Shown piece after piece: positions 61,924 through 64,000 of a stretch of 64,000 nucleotides of DNA. Position 1 is the stretch's first letter; each line of letters starts with the position of its first letter. Location: positions 2,852,001 through 2,916,000 of the forward strand of contig CM039000.1 in the NCBI GenBank assembly GCA_017499595.2, given 5' to 3'. This stretch comes from Psilocybe cubensis. Lineage: Eukaryota. A program made the position numbers and the translations under genes. The notes beneath the pieces are model-generated. The model made no database searches. It was not told the DNA's origin and saw nothing but the letters and a program-made list of their open reading frames with translations.

Positions 61924-63101
61924 ATGGCTTCTGATCAGACTGCGCGTGCATCTCTGCACCCTTCCAGGCATGGATCAATTGACATTGAACTCAAAGCTCT
62001 CAAAATTCATTCCCGTCGACTACAATCCTTGCTTACGATCCATGCGACAGAGCTACAAGTCCTTCATAGGTTGTACTATAAAAACAAAAATCAGCATCGT
62101 GGAGCATTGTTCTGGCGAAATGTTACTGAAATGAGACGCTTTTTGGAGAAGATCGAGAAGCTGAAGCTACTTGATTCAACCAACAGTCTGCGTTCAACAT
62201 TCTATGACACCACACAAAAGTAAAGTATACCGATGTATGATGGATTCCAACGGATGTTGATGCTTTTCAGCATAAATGCTATCAAGGGGCCTTGGACGCA
62301 CTACCCGAACGAAAGGACATTAGTCAAATTCTTGGACCACTGTAATATTGCAGTAAAGCTGCTGGACAAGGTTCTCACTTTAATTTTATGTCTGGTTCAC
62401 ATTTCTTATAAAGTCGATCATAGATGTCAGAGCGTTCCCTAATTGCCTATAGGTTGTGTCCTGTGTTTTTTTTCTTCAAATTAACCAAGCTCATCGTTTT
62501 AGCAGATCCTTTCATCGGTCGTTGCAGTCAGCTGCGTTTCTTCAAATCCTTCTTATGTTTGTCGCAATCGCATCCAGGGCTGGAACATTAGCCACAGAAC
62601 TTATTGATACCGTACGCCTCATAATCTCTTGCACTAATCGACTTATTCTTATAACCGTGGGTGGGATCTGTTGTCTAACGGTTCAAATAATTCATCATTA
62701 GCGATACTCAGATACACAATAAAGATGAACTGGCAGGGCCTGGGCCCATTCAAAATTCTGATGCAAAGCCGCAACCAATGGATGTTGATAACTCCGTTGA
62801 TTTGTTGTCCATATCACAGGCGATTGGTGTCATGACCACGCAACAGAAAACTGCGCAATCCGCACCAGTGATTTCTCCAACACAGGACTCCAATGCGGCA
62901 CCCCGTACGCTGATTTCATTGTCATGGATTTGTGCTAAATCTGAAGTACTTTATCAATTTTTAGCACCTATCACAGTGCCAAAAACGGTGGTTTACAAAA
63001 CAAGAATAGAACCCAAGCAACTGTCGGAGCCAGTTCCTATACCCAAAAAGAAAAAGCGCAAAGCACCCAGAAACGAGATCGATGATATCTTCGGCTTTTG
63101 A
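61924..63101 (+). CDS. RNase MRP protein Rmp1/NEPRO-like
   Basis: ELQVLHRLYYKNKNQHRGALFWR, FLQILLMFVAIASR and C-terminal KKKKRK..NEIDDIF match remembered Rmp1-family motifs. Several short introns. Confidence 0.75.
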
Positions 63102-63525
63102 GGAAGATTGCACAATGTCAACGGCACTTGATATATTTTCACAATTTGATGTCCTGCACGCAACTTGTTAGCGAGGATCATCACAAACATAATGATACTC
63201 CTGAGATATCATCGCAATCACTTTAGTGATCTATATCTAGGTTGCAAACCCCAAAGCAACGTTTTCTCAAAGGATGGTGTCAAACCAGAATTGCATTCGT
63301 GTACCAAAGCAACTCGAGTGCAACAGGAGGAAGGGTGAAATGAGTGGTACTTTCCTATAGCCGTAAATACTACTAGAGTAATAAAAAAATAAAAAGAGGC
63401 CCAAGTAGCAGTAGGTAAATAATTCGAAAAAAAAGTCCGACAAAACAAAAAAAGGTATATGGAGTGAACAAATTATTCTATGAAAGGTCCGTCTTGCATT
63501 ATTTATGAGTCCATTATGCACACAA

Positions 63526-64000
63526 TTACAACATCATGAAAGTGGCGAAGGCAGCAACGAGGCCGACGGCAATCTTAGAGGAGGATGTTGCGATAGCACC
63601 ACTGCTGGAAGGGTTGCCAGAGGTCTCAGGCGCAGCGCTGGCGGTGGAGGGAGAGCTAGCAGCAGGAGCAGCAGGAGCGCTGCTGGCAGCGGGTGCAGCA
63701 CTGGCAAGAGCGGCGCTGAGGTCCTGAGGGATCATCAAAGGGGTAGAGCCACCGGCGCTGAGATCGATTGAACCATCATCCTTGATAACTTCGGCATTCT
63801 GGGCAAGGAAAGTACGAGTGTACATGACGTTCTCGGCGACGTAGGAGTGGGACCACTCGGGGAGGGAGCTCATGTCAATGTTGTTACCCCAGGAGGAAGC
63901 AGCCGCATTGCCAGAGGTCTGCTTGCTGGTGTACGAAGCGTACGCGGCGACGTCAGAGTTCTAATACATCTATTTCAGCAACTGTTGCATCATAACAACA
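63526..64000 (-). CDS. Putative GPI-anchored cell-surface protein (3' part only; 5' end outside the window)
   Basis: Last exon 63526-63960 encodes an Ala/Ser/Pro-rich stalk, an omega-like SSSGA and a hydrophobic C-terminus IAVGLVAAFATFMML. Confidence 0.75.

Noticed and set aside
1-64000. Secondary-metabolite cluster, transposon, CRISPR array, tRNA or rRNA
   Set aside because: No PKS/NRPS/terpene synthase, transposase/RT motifs, terminal repeats, spaced repeats or recognisable structural RNA were seen; the genes are functionally unrelated housekeeping loci.

Overview
Gene-dense, intron-rich fungal genomic DNA. Short ~50-nt GT-AG introns and the protein sequences point to a mushroom-forming basidiomycete (Agaricomycetes, probably Agaricales); the species cannot be determined from the window. 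I can support about 24 protein-coding genes, mostly housekeeping: FBP1, YME1, RAD3/XPD, DPP3, a PTC7-like PP2C, FKS1, FHIP/FAM160, a DNAJC9-like protein, a PAP2 phosphatase, a YAT amino-acid permease, a SmgGDS/Bem4-like ARM protein, OTU2, AP-2 beta and an RMP1-like protein. I found no RNA genes, transposons, CRISPR arrays or secondary-metabolite cluster. The main points of interest are: (1) a large, partial protein whose motifs resemble animal UNC79 (NALCN channelosome subunit) fused to tandem C1 zinc fingers, suggesting a fungal Cch1-Mid1-UNC79-type complex; (2) an intact secreted GH5 mannanase-like gene lacking both catalytic glutamates and carrying a Kex2-flanked cationic insert; (3) a 73-aa Cys/His microprotein seen only after splicing; (4) a BC-box/LRR protein sharing a very short divergent promoter with FKS1; (5) a possible readthrough-generated PTS1. 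Exon boundaries and family calls were made by eye and from remembered motifs, with no database searches.
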